Shown: positions 29,295-41,658, numbered from the stretch's first letter. The stretch: DNA of 64,000 nt from Pseudomonadota bacterium (GCA_021324755.1 JAJPIL010000001.1:152-64151); one strand, 5' to 3'. Numbers and translations: made by a program. Notes: generated by a model not told the origin, from the sequence alone.

Positions 29295-32200
29295 GGCGCA
29301 AACAGCGAGAGTTCGAAGGTCCTAGCGACCCGTTGTGGTACAAAGACGCGATTTTTTACGAGCTCCGCGTGCGCTCGTTTTACGACAGCAACGCTGACGG
29401 GATTGGCGACTTTCCGGGGCTCATACAAAAGCTCGACTACCTCCGAGACCTGGGAGTGACGACGATCTGGTTGCTACCGTTTTACCCCTCGCCGCTGCGC
29501 GACGACGGGTACGACATATCCGACTATTTTAACGTTCATCCGGACTGCGGCACGCTTCAGGATTTCAAAACTTTGCTCTACGAAGCGCATCGACGAGGAC
29601 TACGTATCGTGACCGAGCTTGTGCTCAACCACACCTCCTCCGATCATCCCTGGTTTCAGCGTGCGCGGCGCGCTCCGGCGGGTAGCGTGTATCGCAACTT
29701 TTATGTATGGAGCGACACCCCCCAGCGATACCAGGAGGCTCGGATAATTTTCCAAGACTTCGAGCAGTCGAACTGGGCGTGGGATCCGGTCGCCAAGGCT
29801 TACTACTGGCATCGTTTCTACTCCCATCAACCCGACCTCAACTTCGACAACCCTGCGACTCGTCAAGCGATTTTGCGCGTCGTCGACTTCTGGCTTGGAA
29901 TGGGAGTAGATGGCCTCCGCTTGGACGCGGTGCCTTACCTCTTCGAACGGGAAGGAACCAACTGCGAGAATCTGCCAGAGACTCACGCATTTCTAAAAGA
30001 GTTGAGAGCTCGCGTGGATGCCAAATTTCCCAACCGGATGCTGCTTGCGGAGGCGAACCAGTGGCCCGAGGATGCGGTAGCGTACTTCGCCCAGGGGGAC
30101 GAATGCCATATGGCATTTCACTTTCCGCTGATGCCGCGCCTGTTCATGGCCATCCGGATGGAGGACCGCTTTCCGATCGTCGACATTTGGGCGCAAACGC
30201 CTCCGATCCCGGACAATTGTCAATGGGCATTGTTCTTGCGCAACCACGACGAGCTCACCCTCGAGATGGTAACCGAAGAAGAGCGCGAATTCATGTATCG
30301 AGCATACGCGCAGGAGTCGCGGATGCGCTTGAACCTCGGCATACGTCGCCGCCTAGCGCCACTTTTGGGCAACAACCGGCGCACGATCGAGTTGCTCAAC
30401 GGGCTATTGCTCTCGCTACCCGGAACACCCGTGATTTACTACGGCGACGAAATCGGCATGGGGGACAACGTTTATCTCGGCGATCGTGATGGCGTGCGGA
30501 CGCCGATGCAATGGAGCGGGGATTTGAACGCCGGCTTTTCCCGCGCAAATCCCCAGCGCCTGATCCTACCTGTGATAATCGACTACGAGTATCACTATCA
30601 GACGGTCAACGTTGAAGCGCAACTACGAAATCCGCACTCGTTATTATGGTGGATGAAGCGTCTTATCGCGCTTCGCAAGCAGTTCAAAGCTTTCGGCCGC
30701 GGCACAATCGAGTTTTTAAATCCTGAAAATTCCCGGATCCTCGCCTTTCTTCGCTCGTATCAGGAAGAGTTGATCTTGGTTGTCGCCAACCTGTCTCGAT
30801 TCGTCCAATACGTACAGCTGGACTTGGCACGCTTCAAGGGTTTTACCCCGGTCGAATTGTTCAGTCGCGCTCCGTTCCCATCCATCGGCGAGCAGCCTTA
30901 TCCGCTGACCTTGGGGCCGCACGGCTTCATCTGGTTTTCGCTAGAAAGACCGCGCGCCGCGACGGTGAAGCTCGAGCGCGCCAGAACGGAGATTCCGCGC
31001 ATCACGATAGAAGGTCCATTAGAGACGGCTTTGCGTGGTGAGGCGCGCGAAGTTCTCGAACGCGCGCTTCTCGACTATGTCCCACAACAACGATGGTTTC
31101 GCCACAAGACCCGTGTGGTGCGCCGAGCGCAAATCGTCGATATCATCCCGATGGCTAACGAGGGCAGGCGAATTGACCTGACCTTTGTTCGCCTGGAGTA
31201 CGTTTCGGGCGATCCGGACACGTACTTGCTAGCGTTGGGTATGGCTTCCGGCCCCGTCGCATCCGAAGTGCGGTCGCGCTTTCCCGAGCGCGAATTGGTG
31301 CAAGTGACGCTTCTGAAGCGTCGCGGCGAAAGCCAAGAACTACTGATTTACGACGCACTGAGCGACGAGGGCTTCGCTCAAGCGCTGCTCGACGTAATCG
31401 ACCGACGGCGCAAGCTCCATGGCCTGGAAGGGCAGCTGGTAGGCTCGCAGCTTGTTGCGTATCGAAAATTGAGAGGCGAGACCAACGGGGCTCTGCTCAA
31501 GCCGCGCATATCCCGAGCAGAGCAGACCAACTCGTCGATCGTATACGGCGACCGTTTCATTCTTAAGCTGTTTCGGCAAGTAGAAGCCGGTGTAAGCCCG
31601 GAACTTGAGCTAGGCAGGATGCTGACGGAACAGGCCGCGTTCCGCTACGTGCCGCCTCTGGTCGGTTATCTGGAGTATCAGGTCGGCCGTAACGAGCCCC
31701 ACACCGTAGCGGTAGTACATGGTTACGTGGCAAATCAAGGCGACGCATGGGAATTTACCGCCAAAGAAACAGCTCTTTTCTTTGAGCGCGTAGCGACTGC
31801 CAAGGCTGGGTTGCCACGCTTGCCGACCAAGCCGCTCGCCTACCTGATCAGCGAGGACAAGCCCGAGGCGGAGGTCGCCGAGATGATCGGCGCCTATCTA
31901 GAAGTTGCCCAGCTCTTGGGTCAGCGCACCGCCGAACTTCATCTCGCCTTGGCGTCGCTCTCCGAGGACCCTGCTTTCGCTCCCCAGCCTTTTACCAAAC
32001 TTTATCAGCGCTCGACATACCAGTCGATGCGCAACCTTGCGAACAGCACGTTCAGAGCGTTGCGCGCCGGTCTGGGATCGTTGGACGAAGAGACGCGCAA
32101 GCGAGCGCAAGCTATACTTGCGCGGCAGGACGACATAAATGCAAGGTTCGAACAGTTTCTTAAAGCGAAAATAACAGCAAAGTTAATTCGCTGTCACGGC

Positions 32201-32671
32201 GATCTTCACCTGGGGCAGATTCTCAACACCGGGAAAGACTTCGTATTTATCGATTTCGAGGGCGAGCCGGCTCGCTCGCTCAGCGAGCGTCGGCGCCAGC
32301 GCCCTGCGTTCCGTGACGTCGCTGGAATGCTTCGGTCATTCCATTATGCCTCGTTCAGTGGGTTGCTCAATCTGAGCAAGACCGGCGCGCTAAGTGGTGA
32401 CGCCCTGGCGCAAGTGATTCCCTGGGCACGCGCATGGCAAACTTGGTGCTCCTGGGCGTTTCTCAGGGCTTACTTGCGCACGGCACAAGGAGCGGCTTTT
32501 TTGCCCGCCGACATCGAAGAGCTGCACGTGCTTCTGGAAACGCTGGTACTGGAAAAAGCGATTTACGAAGCGGGCTACGAGCTGAATAATCGCCCGGACT
32601 GGCTTGCGATCGCGCTGGACGGGATCTCCCAGATTCTCGACTCGGGCAGTGCGGACAAAGTAAAGGCGTGA
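29291..32671 (+). CDS. treS: trehalose synthase fused to maltokinase (TreS-Pep2/Mak)
   Basis: [26 protein letters not shown] in the N-terminal half; [32 protein letters not shown] in the C-terminal half. Confidence 0.95.
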   Translation: MRRKQREFEGPSDPLWYKDAIFYELRVRSFYDSNADGIGDFPGLIQKLDYLRDLGVTTIWLLPFYPSPLRDDGYDISDYFNVHPDCGTLQDFKTLLYEAHRRGLRIVTELVLNHTSSDHPWFQRARRAPAGSVYRNFYVWSDTPQRYQEARIIFQDFEQSNWAWDPVAKAYYWHRFYSHQPDLNFDNPATRQAILRVVDFWLGMGVDGLRLDAVPYLFEREGTNCENLPETHAFLKELRARVDAKFPNRMLLAEANQWPEDAVAYFAQGDECHMAFHFPLMPRLFMAIRMEDRFPIVDIWAQTPPIPDNCQWALFLRNHDELTLEMVTEEEREFMYRAYAQESRMRLNLGIRRRLAPLLGNNRRTIELLNGLLLSLPGTPVIYYGDEIGMGDNVYLGDRDGVRTPMQWSGDLNAGFSRANPQRLILPVIIDYEYHYQTVNVEAQLRNPHSLLWWMKRLIALRKQFKAFGRGTIEFLNPENSRILAFLRSYQEELILVVANLSRFVQYVQLDLARFKGFTPVELFSRAPFPSIGEQPYPLTLGPHGFIWFSLERPRAATVKLERARTEIPRITIEGPLETALRGEAREVLERALLDYVPQQRWFRHKTRVVRRAQIVDIIPMANEGRRIDLTFVRLEYVSGDPDTYLLALGMASGPVASEVRSRFPERELVQVTLLKRRGESQELLIYDALSDEGFAQALLDVIDRRRKLHGLEGQLVGSQLVAYRKLRGETNGALLKPRISRAEQTNSSIVYGDRFILKLFRQVEAGVSPELELGRMLTEQAAFRYVPPLVGYLEYQVGRNEPHTVAVVHGYVANQGDAWEFTAKETALFFERVATAKAGLPRLPTKPLAYLISEDKPEAEVAEMIGAYLEVAQLLGQRTAELHLALASLSEDPAFAPQPFTKLYQRSTYQSMRNLANSTFRALRAGLGSLDEETRKRAQAILARQDDINARFEQFLKAKITAKLIRCHGDLHLGQILNTGKDFVFIDFEGEPARSLSERRRQRPAFRDVAGMLRSFHYASFSGLLNLSKTGALSGDALAQVIPWARAWQTWCSWAFLRAYLRTAQGAAFLPADIEELHVLLETLVLEKAIYEAGYELNNRPDWLAIALDGISQILDSGSADKVKA

Positions 32672-32791
32672 CCAGTCGAAGGCTCAGAGTAAAGACAAGA
32701 CTGCCGATTCGAAAGCGTGTAAGTTTTGAAAATGGCTTTTTGCCAGCGGTCGTTGCTCTAAGATCGGATTGCCGGCCTGAACGGATGTAGC

Positions 32792-33754
32792 TTATTGCCT
32801 ATGCAACGTTGCAAAAATTTGAACCAAAGCCGGACCCACCACTACAAGCATCATCGCCGGCAACACGAACAGGATGAGCGGAAATAGCATCTTGATCGTA
32901 GCCTTCTGCGCCGCTTCCTCTGCTCGCAGTTTTCGCTTCAAGCGCAAAGAGTCGGACACCGCTCGCAAGGCGGCGCCCATCCGCGCTCCTAGCCTCTCGC
33001 TTTGCACCAACACGGCCGCTAGGCTTCGGATATCGTCAAGACCGGTTCGCTCAGCCATCGAATGTAGCCCCTCGGCGAGCGAGGCTCCCGCGGCAAGTTC
33101 ACCCGACAGCATGGCTAGCTCTACTCCGAACGCTTGACGCTGGCGAGCGCAGACGTTTCCCACGGTTTTGACTGCTTCATAAAGCCCCTGTCCTGCTTCG
33201 ACGCAAACGATGAGAAGATCGATCACGTCGGCGAGCTCCCGACTGAGCTGCGCTTGCCTCATTCGTATCCGCCTGGCCAGATAGTAGTCAGGCAAGATCC
33301 CTCCCATCACGACTCCACAAGCCGCGCTAAAAACCGCGTCTTTCCAGGAACGCGTAATAGGGGCGACTAAAATTGTCGCGCCCGCGGACAGCAAAATCAT
33401 CAAAATAAGCCGCGCAGCTTCGAATACCTTGGTATTGGACCGTCCTACGAACCCCGCTCTAGCTAACTTGAGCAAAAGCTTTCGGCGCCTCGACTCGTGC
33501 AGGCTGGGTTCAGGAAATTTGCGCAGAATCCATCCTAACCATCGATCGTTGGAGACGCCGTTGCTCTCTAGCTCTGGCAACTCAGTTACGCCGTCAAGCG
33601 CTCTGAGTCTAGCGGTCATCGAGCGAAGCCTACTTTCGACGGCCGCTTGTGGATGGAAAATCCAGAAGTAAATAATCGAAGCGCAAGCAGCGAGCAACGT
33701 GAAAACGCCTGCGGCAATAATTATCGAATCGTCGAGCATCGTCAGGAGGTTCAA
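32792..33754 (-). CDS. tadC: Tad pilus inner-membrane platform protein TadC
   Basis: DLLIVCVEAG, LVQSERLG, AEEAAQK...MLFPL.LFVLPA T2SS-F domain. Confidence 0.9.
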   Translation of the reverse strand: MNLLTMLDDSIIIAAGVFTLLAACASIIYFWIFHPQAAVESRLRSMTARLRALDGVTELPELESNGVSNDRWLGWILRKFPEPSLHESRRRKLLLKLARAGFVGRSNTKVFEAARLILMILLSAGATILVAPITRSWKDAVFSAACGVVMGGILPDYYLARRIRMRQAQLSRELADVIDLLIVCVEAGQGLYEAVKTVGNVCARQRQAFGVELAMLSGELAAGASLAEGLHSMAERTGLDDIRSLAAVLVQSERLGARMGAALRAVSDSLRLKRKLRAEEAAQKATIKMLFPLILFVLPAMMLVVVGPALVQIFATLHRQ

Positions 33755-34710
33755 AAGTCGAGACGAAGAGTACGTCTAATCGCCAACAAAGCGAGCAAAT
33801 CGAGCGCCAAAGCTGCCTTTAACAACTTCTTCCCCACTGGGTCATAAAACAGCATATGGACGTAGTGGGGATCAAAAATGGCGTAGGCTGCCAACACCAC
33901 TACCGGCATCAATCCAACCACCCATCCGCTTAGCCGAGGTTGAGCAGTTAGGCTGCGCAGTTGCATCTGAATTCGCTGCCGAGTGCGCACCGTATCGGCT
34001 AGTCGCCCGAGAAGTTCAGCCATCCTGCCGCCGGCCTCGCTTTGCAATATCACCCCCACTACCAGAAACCACACCTCGCTGTCCGCCACCCGCTTGGCCA
34101 TCTCTTCAAGGGCGTTTTGGATCGGTTCGCCTAGGCGGTTTCGTTCCAGCACCAAGCGTACCTCGCCTGCCAGCGGGTCGGAAAACTCGCTGGCAACGAC
34201 CTGCAACGCACGCGGGAACGTATGTCCGGCTTCGAGCGACGACTTCATCAAATCCAGAGCCTGGGGAAGCTGGCGCACTAAGGTTTTCACTCGTCGGTTA
34301 CCGCGCCATTTGAAGTACGCGACGCCCAGGCACGCGGCGGCGAACCCGCACCCAACAGAGGCGACCGGGTCGTCGAAAAAAACCAGCCCTAACGCAGCTC
34401 CGGCGGCCGAAAGAAGTCCCAGAACGACAAAGGCCTGGTAGACGCCGATGCGGAGCCCAGCGCGCAAGACCGTGCTCTCCAATCCGATCGCTGCATCTAG
34501 ACGCCTAAGAATCGACCCGAGAGGTTTTTGCCTAGCTCTCCAGTTGACCTGTATGGCCTGGGCTAAGGTGGGCTCCAGTTCGCGAGCGCGCTCCAGCTGC
34601 GACACAATCTCTTTGAGTCGGCGTGCTCGCCGTACGACGGTGACATCCAGTAACAACACGACCGCCATTGCCAACGCGAAAACGGCGACGGCAACGAGCA
34701 AGTCATTCAT
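33751..34710 (-). CDS. tadB: Tad pilus inner-membrane platform protein TadB
   Basis: QLPQALDLM...[25 protein letters not shown]; start set at ATG 34710. Confidence 0.9.
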   Translation of the reverse strand: MNDLLVAVAVFALAMAVVLLLDVTVVRRARRLKEIVSQLERARELEPTLAQAIQVNWRARQKPLGSILRRLDAAIGLESTVLRAGLRIGVYQAFVVLGLLSAAGAALGLVFFDDPVASVGCGFAAACLGVAYFKWRGNRRVKTLVRQLPQALDLMKSSLEAGHTFPRALQVVASEFSDPLAGEVRLVLERNRLGEPIQNALEEMAKRVADSEVWFLVVGVILQSEAGGRMAELLGRLADTVRTRQRIQMQLRSLTAQPRLSGWVVGLMPVVVLAAYAIFDPHYVHMLFYDPVGKKLLKAALALDLLALLAIRRTLRLDF

Positions 34711-36079
34711 CTGCGTTGGCTCCGCTTGCGAAAACGTTCGGGTCAAGCTCCAAACCCGCAACTGCAAGGCGTCTACTGTAGGCGGACCGAATACCGGTGG
34801 CTCTGAACGAGCCCATCACCCTGCCATTCGCGTCGACACCTGTTCGGACAAACTCGAACAGGTCTTGCATCATCACGGTCTCGCCCTCCATCCCCGTTAT
34901 CTCGGCGATTTTAAGGACTTTACGGCTGCCGTCCGATAAACGGCTTACGTGCACGATAATGTTGATAGCGGCCGCTATCTGCTGTCGCATCGCGCGCTCA
35001 GGCAAATTCACACCGGCAAACAACATCATCATTTCAAGCCGCGCCAAGCTGTCACGCGGGTTGTTGGCGTGAATTGTGGCGATCGAGCCGTCGTGCCCGG
35101 TCGACATCGCCTGCAACATGTCAAGCACTTCGGCGCCTCGCACCTCGCCGACGATAATCCGGTCGGGTCTCATTCGCAGCGTATTGCGCAGCAAGTCTCG
35201 CTGAGTAACCTCGCCCTTTCCCTCCAGATTGGGTGGACGGCATTCCAGCCGAACCACATGAGGCTGCTGAAGGCAAAGCTCAGCGGCATCCTCGATCGTG
35301 ATTATGCGCTCGTCAGCAGGAATAAATCCCGACAGGCAATTCAGCATCGTCGTTTTGCCCGAGCCCGTGCCGCCACAGATGAGAACGTTTAAGCGGGCAC
35401 GCACCACAGCCGCCAAAAAGTCGGCCATCTGCTTTGTGAGCGCACCGAAATTTAGCAAGTCCTCGATCGTCAAGGGATCCTTGCCGAACCGACGAATCGA
35501 AACCGCGGGACCGTCCAAAGCTAGAGGCGGAATTATGGCGTTGAAGCGCGAACCGTCCCAAAGTCGCGCGTCCACCATCGGCGAAGCCTCATCCACGCGA
35601 CGCCCCACCTGGGAAACGATCCGGTCGATCGTTTGCATCAGATGCTCATTATCTCGAAACGTAACGTCGGTCTTGTACAGGCGACCTCGTCGCTCGACGT
35701 AGACCTGGTTGTAGCCGTTGACCAGAATGTCCGAGATTTCGTCGTCACTCAGCAGCGCTTCGAGGGGACCCAACCCGAGCAACTCGTTTTTAATCTCCTC
35801 AGTCAAACGTTGACGGTCAGCATCGGTCAGCAATCGGCCTTCTTCTTCGAACGTTTCGTTGACCGCTGCAACCAACTGCGCCGAGAGCAGTTCCTGATCC
35901 ATCGTGTCGATCTTTGAGATTTCAATCGTTTCGACCAGTTTCTTGTGAACCTTGGCCTTGAGTTCACCGATACTGGCAGAAATACTCTCGGCTCGCTCCC
36001 TGCCGTTGCCACGCGAAGCTCGTGGTACAACCTTCGGTGTTCTATTCTCGTTAAGTAGTACTCTGTCGAGCAGACCCAT
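34703..36079 (-). CDS. tadA: Tad pilus assembly ATPase TadA/CpaF
   Basis: [42 protein letters not shown]. Confidence 0.96.
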   Translation of the reverse strand: MGLLDRVLLNENRTPKVVPRASRGNGRERAESISASIGELKAKVHKKLVETIEISKIDTMDQELLSAQLVAAVNETFEEEGRLLTDADRQRLTEEIKNELLGLGPLEALLSDDEISDILVNGYNQVYVERRGRLYKTDVTFRDNEHLMQTIDRIVSQVGRRVDEASPMVDARLWDGSRFNAIIPPLALDGPAVSIRRFGKDPLTIEDLLNFGALTKQMADFLAAVVRARLNVLICGGTGSGKTTMLNCLSGFIPADERIITIEDAAELCLQQPHVVRLECRPPNLEGKGEVTQRDLLRNTLRMRPDRIIVGEVRGAEVLDMLQAMSTGHDGSIATIHANNPRDSLARLEMMMLFAGVNLPERAMRQQIAAAINIIVHVSRLSDGSRKVLKIAEITGMEGETVMMQDLFEFVRTGVDANGRVMGSFRATGIRSAYSRRLAVAGLELDPNVFASGANADE

Positions 36080-36080
36080 A

Positions 36081-37343
36081 TTAATCTTTCACGTCAAAAC
36101 CATTGAGTCGTAACGATTTCGCGATGAATTTCCCCAACCATCCAGATGACCCATCCATCGACCATCCGGACAGCTTGGCCGCCAAAGAAGCATAGCTCTT
36201 CACCAGCGTAGAGTGAGGAGCGTTCTCGAACAAAGGTCGTCCCTGGAGAAAGGCCCTGCGCAGTGATTTAGTGCCGTTCGGTATTTTGGCGAAAACCGCG
36301 TATCCAAGCGACTGCGAGATTTGAGCTTCACCGATAAGCTCTCGCTTGGAGTAGCGGTTGACGACGAACTTAGGCTCGACCGCTGACAGATTGAGGCGCT
36401 TGATCAGGCCAAGGAAGCGCCAGGCCCCGCGCAGGGCCGCAATCGATTGATCGATGACGTAAAGCAGGCGGTCGGAGCATTCCCAAGCGGTTACGACGCA
36501 CTCGTCGACGTGACGACCGCAATCGATCAGTACTACATCGAAGAGCTCACGCATAAGCTCGACCACCGACGTTATCAGCTGGGCGTGTACCAGCTCGGAA
36601 TCTTCGATACGCTTGGGAGCCGCGAGCAGATAGATTCCAGCGGGAGCCTTGGTCAGCGCGCCTTCGAGGCGGATGGAGTCGAGTCTTTGCCCGTCACTGG
36701 CAACGTCGATAATCGTATTTTCTGGCTCAACGTTGAGAGCCGCGCATAAATCAGACGCCTGGAGGTCGAGATCGATAATCGCCACCCTTTTATCAGCCTT
36801 AAGCTTGAACGCGAAGGCCAAATTGGCGGTAATCGTCGTCACGCCGACGCCTCCTGAGACGCTGACCAACGAGCATACGAGCCCTCTGTTCGGTCGGCAG
36901 GCGGCTCGACGCATCTCATCGATTTTGAGCAGCGCACGCGTCAGATCGGCCTTACTCGGTGGCGCGGCGACCACCTCATCAGCTCCAGCTCTGAGCGCGC
37001 GCCGAATCGCTCCTTGCGAGTCGTCGCTTACCACAGCCACGATCGCAGGCTTGTTCTTCACGTGCGCAAACCGCTGGACCAGACGAACGATGGCCGAGTC
37101 TTCGTCGCCGCCGGCCACCACGATGACGTCCGTCTCTGCCGCCGCTGGCGTAAAAAGCCCCTCGAACGTTCCTTCTTGTCTTACATCGAGATGCGGGTCT
37201 TGGATTTCGTTTAAGCTTTTGCGCACCGCCGCGCTAGCTTCCGGCGAAGGGGCGACGATCCAAACCTTGAGCGCATCAGGTCGTATACTCTTTTTGCCCG
37301 AAAGCATCGCAGGCAGTTGGATCGGACTGGTTTTGTTTACCAA
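36081..37343 (-). CDS. cpaE: TadZ/CpaE receiver-like plus ParA/MinD-like localisation protein
   Basis: ALRAGADE receiver-like region, GGVGVTT deviant Walker A, IDLDLQ. Confidence 0.88.
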   Translation of the reverse strand: MVNKTSPIQLPAMLSGKKSIRPDALKVWIVAPSPEASAAVRKSLNEIQDPHLDVRQEGTFEGLFTPAAAETDVIVVAGGDEDSAIVRLVQRFAHVKNKPAIVAVVSDDSQGAIRRALRAGADEVVAAPPSKADLTRALLKIDEMRRAACRPNRGLVCSLVSVSGGVGVTTITANLAFAFKLKADKRVAIIDLDLQASDLCAALNVEPENTIIDVASDGQRLDSIRLEGALTKAPAGIYLLAAPKRIEDSELVHAQLITSVVELMRELFDVVLIDCGRHVDECVVTAWECSDRLLYVIDQSIAALRGAWRFLGLIKRLNLSAVEPKFVVNRYSKRELIGEAQISQSLGYAVFAKIPNGTKSLRRAFLQGRPLFENAPHSTLVKSYASLAAKLSGWSMDGSSGWLGKFIAKSLRLNGFDVKD

Positions 37344-39217
37344 AGTCTCGGTCGGCTGGGATCGGGCTGGGGCAACGAGCGCGTACGAATTTCCTGGTAT
37401 GTCATCGACGCGCTGTCAGTGGGTCTGGCTACTTGCGCGCCTTGAGGAATCGCGCGCACGAGTTGGGGCGTGACCGTGATAACCAGTTCCGTCTTGACCC
37501 GATTGTAGGACGTGTTTCGGAACAACGCGCCAGCGAATGGGATATCTCCCATATAGGGGACTTTCGTCACCGTCCGTTGAACGTTCTCCTGAATCAGCCC
37601 AGCGATTATCAAGGTTTCGTTGTTTTTCATCCGTACCTGCGTTTCGGCGCGCTGCGTGATAAATGCTGGCACGTTAAAGCCGAACATCTGTACGCCTTGC
37701 GAGTAATCTGGCTGTGAAACCTCCGGTTTCACTACGAGCTCAATCTCGTCGTCCCCGACTACGGTCGGTATAAAAACGACCGAGGTTCCGAACTGCTTGA
37801 ACACAATAGAAGTGTTAAGCGCCTGGGCGATGACAATCGGAATTTCTCCACCCGACAAAAACTTTGCTTCTTCGCCAGAGTTCGCGAGAATTCGCGGTTG
37901 CGCTAGGATTTTCGCTAACTGATGGCTTTCCAAAAATTGGAAGAACGAATTGCTCTGAAAGCCGCCGTTACTGGTAGCAAGGGCGTACGTGATCTTGTTC
38001 GACAACAAAAGCGGCATGAGCGTGCCACCGGGAGTCATCGTTCCTTGCAAGCCCAGCGGAGTCGGCGGTGCGGCTACACCGGTCAGGGGCGACGGGCCGA
38101 AGGTCGGAAAGATGTTAAGGGGAATAATGGGAGAATAAGGAGTGGCTACATTGCCAGGAAGCCCGACGAGGCTAGTCCCGGCACCCGCGACCGACAAATC
38201 CACGCCTTCGTTTTCGAGTTTTGTGCGGTTAACCTCCGCAACTAGAACGTTGAGCAGCACCTGCTCATGACTTTCCTTTTCGACACGCACTTTTCGTTCC
38301 TGAAGCTGACCCAACGCGTTCCAAACCGCCAACGTGGTGACCCCCGGCTGCCCTCCGATAAGCATCAACTGATTGGGACTGACCAGTTGAATATCGGATA
38401 CCTGCGGATTAGCGATCGACACCCTGGTGATCGGCACGCCGAAGCTGAACACGCGCGAGGTGCCCGTAATCAGAGAAATCAGGCCGCATGGCAGACCGTC
38501 GCTGCGCGCTGTGCAGGTTTCAGCTGACCTGCTTGGAGGCAAAGCAGGAGGATTTGCGATGTACTTGCCGTTTGAAACAACGCTAGGCGACAAGCCTTGC
38601 TGCCCGATGAGCAAAGGCTGGTTCGGTCCGTTAACCGCACCTTTGTTTTTGTCTTCTCTAGCAACGTTAGTCGGCTTGCTCTCAGGATGCGTTGCGGGAA
38701 TTTCCACCGTCGATGTCGCCGTCGAAAAGTCGCCTGGCCGCGCGTAATGGGTCACTGGTCCCGCGCCGGCATCCAACGATCTGGCACTACTAGCGGTTGC
38801 CTCGCCTGCTCCATAAGGCGCAACGGCAGTCACGCTGAGGGGCGGCGAACTCGTGCCTGGAGCCAAGACGTTGGTGGGATCAGCCACGCCTTGCACTATA
38901 AACTCATAGTCGATGACCTTCCCGGTTTGGTCTGTGACACGCACCGAGCCAGCGCCTCGGGATGTCGCCACAACCTGCAGCATGCCGCCGTCCAACGTAT
39001 CCACCAAAAAAGCCGGCGGGTTGCTGCGGAACCTAACTTCAGGCGTCGTTCCAGGCGCGACGTTTCTTATTACGTAGACTTCACCGGCATTCAAATAAAT
39101 TTCTTTGACTTCCGGCCTGCTTTGCGCTAACGCCGACGCTGCCACTCCACACAACGCCGCCGGAAACAGAAGGCTAATCGCGAAAGCCCGAGACCAGCTC
39201 GCCATCATTACGAACAA
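37337..39217 (-). CDS. cpaC: Tad secretin RcpA/CpaC
   Basis: QVLLNVLVAEV, SGEEAKFLSGGEIP, KVPYMGDIPFAGALFR...TELVITVTP. Confidence 0.92.
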   Translation of the reverse strand: MFVMMASWSRAFAISLLFPAALCGVAASALAQSRPEVKEIYLNAGEVYVIRNVAPGTTPEVRFRSNPPAFLVDTLDGGMLQVVATSRGAGSVRVTDQTGKVIDYEFIVQGVADPTNVLAPGTSSPPLSVTAVAPYGAGEATASSARSLDAGAGPVTHYARPGDFSTATSTVEIPATHPESKPTNVAREDKNKGAVNGPNQPLLIGQQGLSPSVVSNGKYIANPPALPPSRSAETCTARSDGLPCGLISLITGTSRVFSFGVPITRVSIANPQVSDIQLVSPNQLMLIGGQPGVTTLAVWNALGQLQERKVRVEKESHEQVLLNVLVAEVNRTKLENEGVDLSVAGAGTSLVGLPGNVATPYSPIIPLNIFPTFGPSPLTGVAAPPTPLGLQGTMTPGGTLMPLLLSNKITYALATSNGGFQSNSFFQFLESHQLAKILAQPRILANSGEEAKFLSGGEIPIVIAQALNTSIVFKQFGTSVVFIPTVVGDDEIELVVKPEVSQPDYSQGVQMFGFNVPAFITQRAETQVRMKNNETLIIAGLIQENVQRTVTKVPYMGDIPFAGALFRNTSYNRVKTELVITVTPQLVRAIPQGAQVARPTDSASMTYQEIRTRSLPQPDPSRPRLW

Positions 39218-39451
39218 TCAGTGCAATCCTGTGCTCCCGGCCGCGTTGCCCGCGCTCGTCGTTCCCGCAGCGGCAACTCCGCCGGGCGAAGCGACCTTTG
39301 AAACAACAGGTGATTCTGTGACGCTCAGCGAAGCATTAATTACTGAGGATTGGCCTAGCGATACCCCGCCACCCGAAGCGCATCCCCAGATACACAGAGC
39401 GAAACCAATCATCCACCCCACACGAATTATTCGGACCATAGGCCTCACCAT
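39218..39451 (-). CDS. small putative lipoprotein in tad operon
   Basis: 77-aa ORF filling the cpaB-cpaC gap, lipobox-like IWGC. Confidence 0.5.
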   Translation of the reverse strand: MVRPMVRIIRVGWMIGFALCIWGCASGGGVSLGQSSVINASLSVTESPVVSKVASPGGVAAAGTTSAGNAAGSTGLH

Positions 39452-39462
39452 TCAATTGTTGT

Positions 39463-40500
39463 TTACCTAGGCTCAGCATAGGGAGCGGTAGCAGGCATAT
39501 AAACCGGCGCACCGACCTCTATCGTTTTTGCGCCAGGACCGAACACTTCCGAGTTCATAAAGCTCGACGATTCCTCGTCTTTTGACGGGCTCTGCGCTTG
39601 CGAAACACGCATCCCGTTCTGATCCGAAGCAAGTTTCGGACGCCTTTGCAAAGAGGCAGTACCGGCAATAAAGCTTACAAGCTCGCGAGCCTTAGCACCC
39701 CGCATCACCTCTACCCGCACAGCCTGCGCGGACGCTTCCGCGCTAGAGGATCGACGCACTTGCGCTCTGGCAAACACCGGATTGCTGTAGGCTCGAAGCA
39801 ATCCTTCTAGATCGGTCCCGCTAGTGTTTACCAGCTTTTGATCGTCGTAGCGGCGGATAGCAAGCCGCAGCGTGCCTTCGCGACTTGCCAGCGCTAACCG
39901 TTCGGCTTCGTCAGGAGTTACGAGCAACGTTACGACGCGCACGACCTGGGGCTGGCGGTCGCTGCCCTCCAGCTCTTGAGCGATCGCTAGGACCTCGACG
40001 TTCTCGAGCACAATCTTGGCCTTGGGACTCTCCGTTCCTTTGGGGGAATGTATCGCAACCAGCACGTCGACTCGCGCGTGTGGCATCACGAAACCAGCCA
40101 CGCCGCTCACTTCGTCCACCGGCACCGACATCGCCCGCATCCCCGGCGGGATCATCAGCGGCAAAAGACCGCTTGTGGGCGCGCCGTCGTACAACGCGGA
40201 CTTCACAATAGGCTGATCGGCGGCGATGGATACCTTTACGATACGGTCACGTAGGGCCGCAGGATCGGTAATCGCTCCAGCTGGTAGATGGTCGCGAGGC
40301 CACGGTACCATCGCGATCGCCGTGGAGTCGAGTTTGCTACCTAATGGAAGGTTGCGGGTAGCAACGGCGATCGCCACAAGTTGCGGTTGCTGCTTTTTCA
40401 GCAGCTCGTCGCGCGTCTTCAACACCGAGTACACCATGTAAGAGGCGATAGTCGCGATAAGACCCGCGACTAACACAAATACGTTCGGCCGTACCATCAC
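39463..40500 (-). CDS. cpaB: Flp pilus assembly protein CpaB/RcpC
   Basis: SAF-like region, IPPGMRAMSVPVDEVSGVAGF...RVDV, VTLLVTPDEAERL. Confidence 0.93.
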   Translation of the reverse strand: MMVRPNVFVLVAGLIATIASYMVYSVLKTRDELLKKQQPQLVAIAVATRNLPLGSKLDSTAIAMVPWPRDHLPAGAITDPAALRDRIVKVSIAADQPIVKSALYDGAPTSGLLPLMIPPGMRAMSVPVDEVSGVAGFVMPHARVDVLVAIHSPKGTESPKAKIVLENVEVLAIAQELEGSDRQPQVVRVVTLLVTPDEAERLALASREGTLRLAIRRYDDQKLVNTSGTDLEGLLRAYSNPVFARAQVRRSSSAEASAQAVRVEVMRGAKARELVSFIAGTASLQRRPKLASDQNGMRVSQAQSPSKDEESSSFMNSEVFGPGAKTIEVGAPVYMPATAPYAEPR

Positions 40501-40620
40501 AAGGTTACAGTCTCGGTCTTCGCCCGCCCTCCTACGTCAGCGCAAAACCAAACCCACTTGACACATTAGATGTCGCAGAATCGAACTAAGCCCCTCAGAT
40601 GCCAAGCGTCAGGCTGCGCT

Positions 40621-40808
40621 GTTCTAAACTTTAAGGGAAAATTTCGCTCGCCTAGCTCCAGACCGCAGGATCGCTAAACCGCTCACGTCCTACGCCCGAG
40701 CACCCGGTATTTGGCTGCTCCGCGGCGCAACCTGAGGTAACGACCGTTTAGGCAGACCTGGAGCACAGCGAGATCAGCTTGTCGTAAGGCTTAAAATCCT
40801 TATAGAAC
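40621..40808. other. long rod-like imperfect inverted repeat between flp and cpaB (candidate structured RNA)
   Basis: nine nested colinear helices, including GCTCCAG/CTGGAGC, CTAAAC/GTTTAG, GAGCA/TGCTC, GTTCTA/TAGAAC. Confidence 0.45.
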
Positions 40809-40996
40809 TTTGTTCATTCTACTCATTCATTCAATCGCCTCTCCGTCAAGTTTCTTTAAGCTGCCAGCGCGCGCGGCTTCGTCAGTCAATGACGTCCATC
40901 AGAAAGCTCGGCAACAGCTTGTTTGCGGCTACACATATGGGAGTTTTACAGGCCTACAAGTAAACCCTTTTGCGCAACTCCGAGACAACTCCCAGA

Positions 40997-41233
40997 TCAC
41001 GTGCTCGAGCCGCCTGGGCTTAGATAGTTCGTAACGTCCTGCAGTAGCGCGAGAATCTTTTGACCCAAAGCCGCCCACGCGGTAACCGCAGCTACGGCAA
41101 CCAGCGCGACGATGAGCGCGTATTCCGTCATCGTCTGGCCCTGCTCGCGATCGCCGCGGCGCAACAGGCGGGCAATCTTTCTAAAAGCGAACTCTCGAAG
41201 ATAAAACAGTTGAGCTCGAACTTGCTCGTTCAT
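40997..41233 (-). CDS. flp: Flp/Tad pilin
   Basis: GQTMTEYALIVALVAV Flp motif; ATG 41233 after GGAGGAGG. Confidence 0.93.
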   Translation of the reverse strand: MNEQVRAQLFYLREFAFRKIARLLRRGDREQGQTMTEYALIVALVAVAAVTAWAALGQKILALLQDVTNYLSPGGSST

Positions 41234-41658
41234 AATTAACCTCCTCCGCTTTTCGAGGCTCTCCCTTCGACACAGCATCTTTTATGCCCAGCCGTTGAGT
41301 CCGACTAAGCGCAACTAATGTCATCAAGGCTTCGACGATGCTTGCGATTGAGACACAGATGTCCCATGCGAAGCGACATCTCGTGCGACGCTAGAGAAAC
41401 GAGCTTTTGCACCGCGCTTGCGCTGGGTCGACTCAATACGAGCGGTTTTGACTACTCGAGAGCGTCAAGACGTACATGAACGTTTTCCACAATCGGCGCT
41501 CAAACATAAAAACTGGCGATTCGTGGAACGTTTAAGCCGACAGCCGCTCACGGTGACCTCACTTGGATTGCTGAAGCCTAAAGCAAGAATTAGCGGCAGG
41601 AGATTCTTAATGTTTGCTAGTGGATCGTGACCGTGACCTAGTCTTGCGCAGCGGCTAA

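Noticed and set aside
29291-32671. TreS-maltokinase fusion as a novelty
   Set aside because: This fusion next to glgE is a well-known arrangement of the GlgE pathway
41280-41330. sigma54 promoter for flp
   Set aside because: TGACA-TTAG-TTGC lacks the GG dinucleotide and the 10-bp GG-GC spacing
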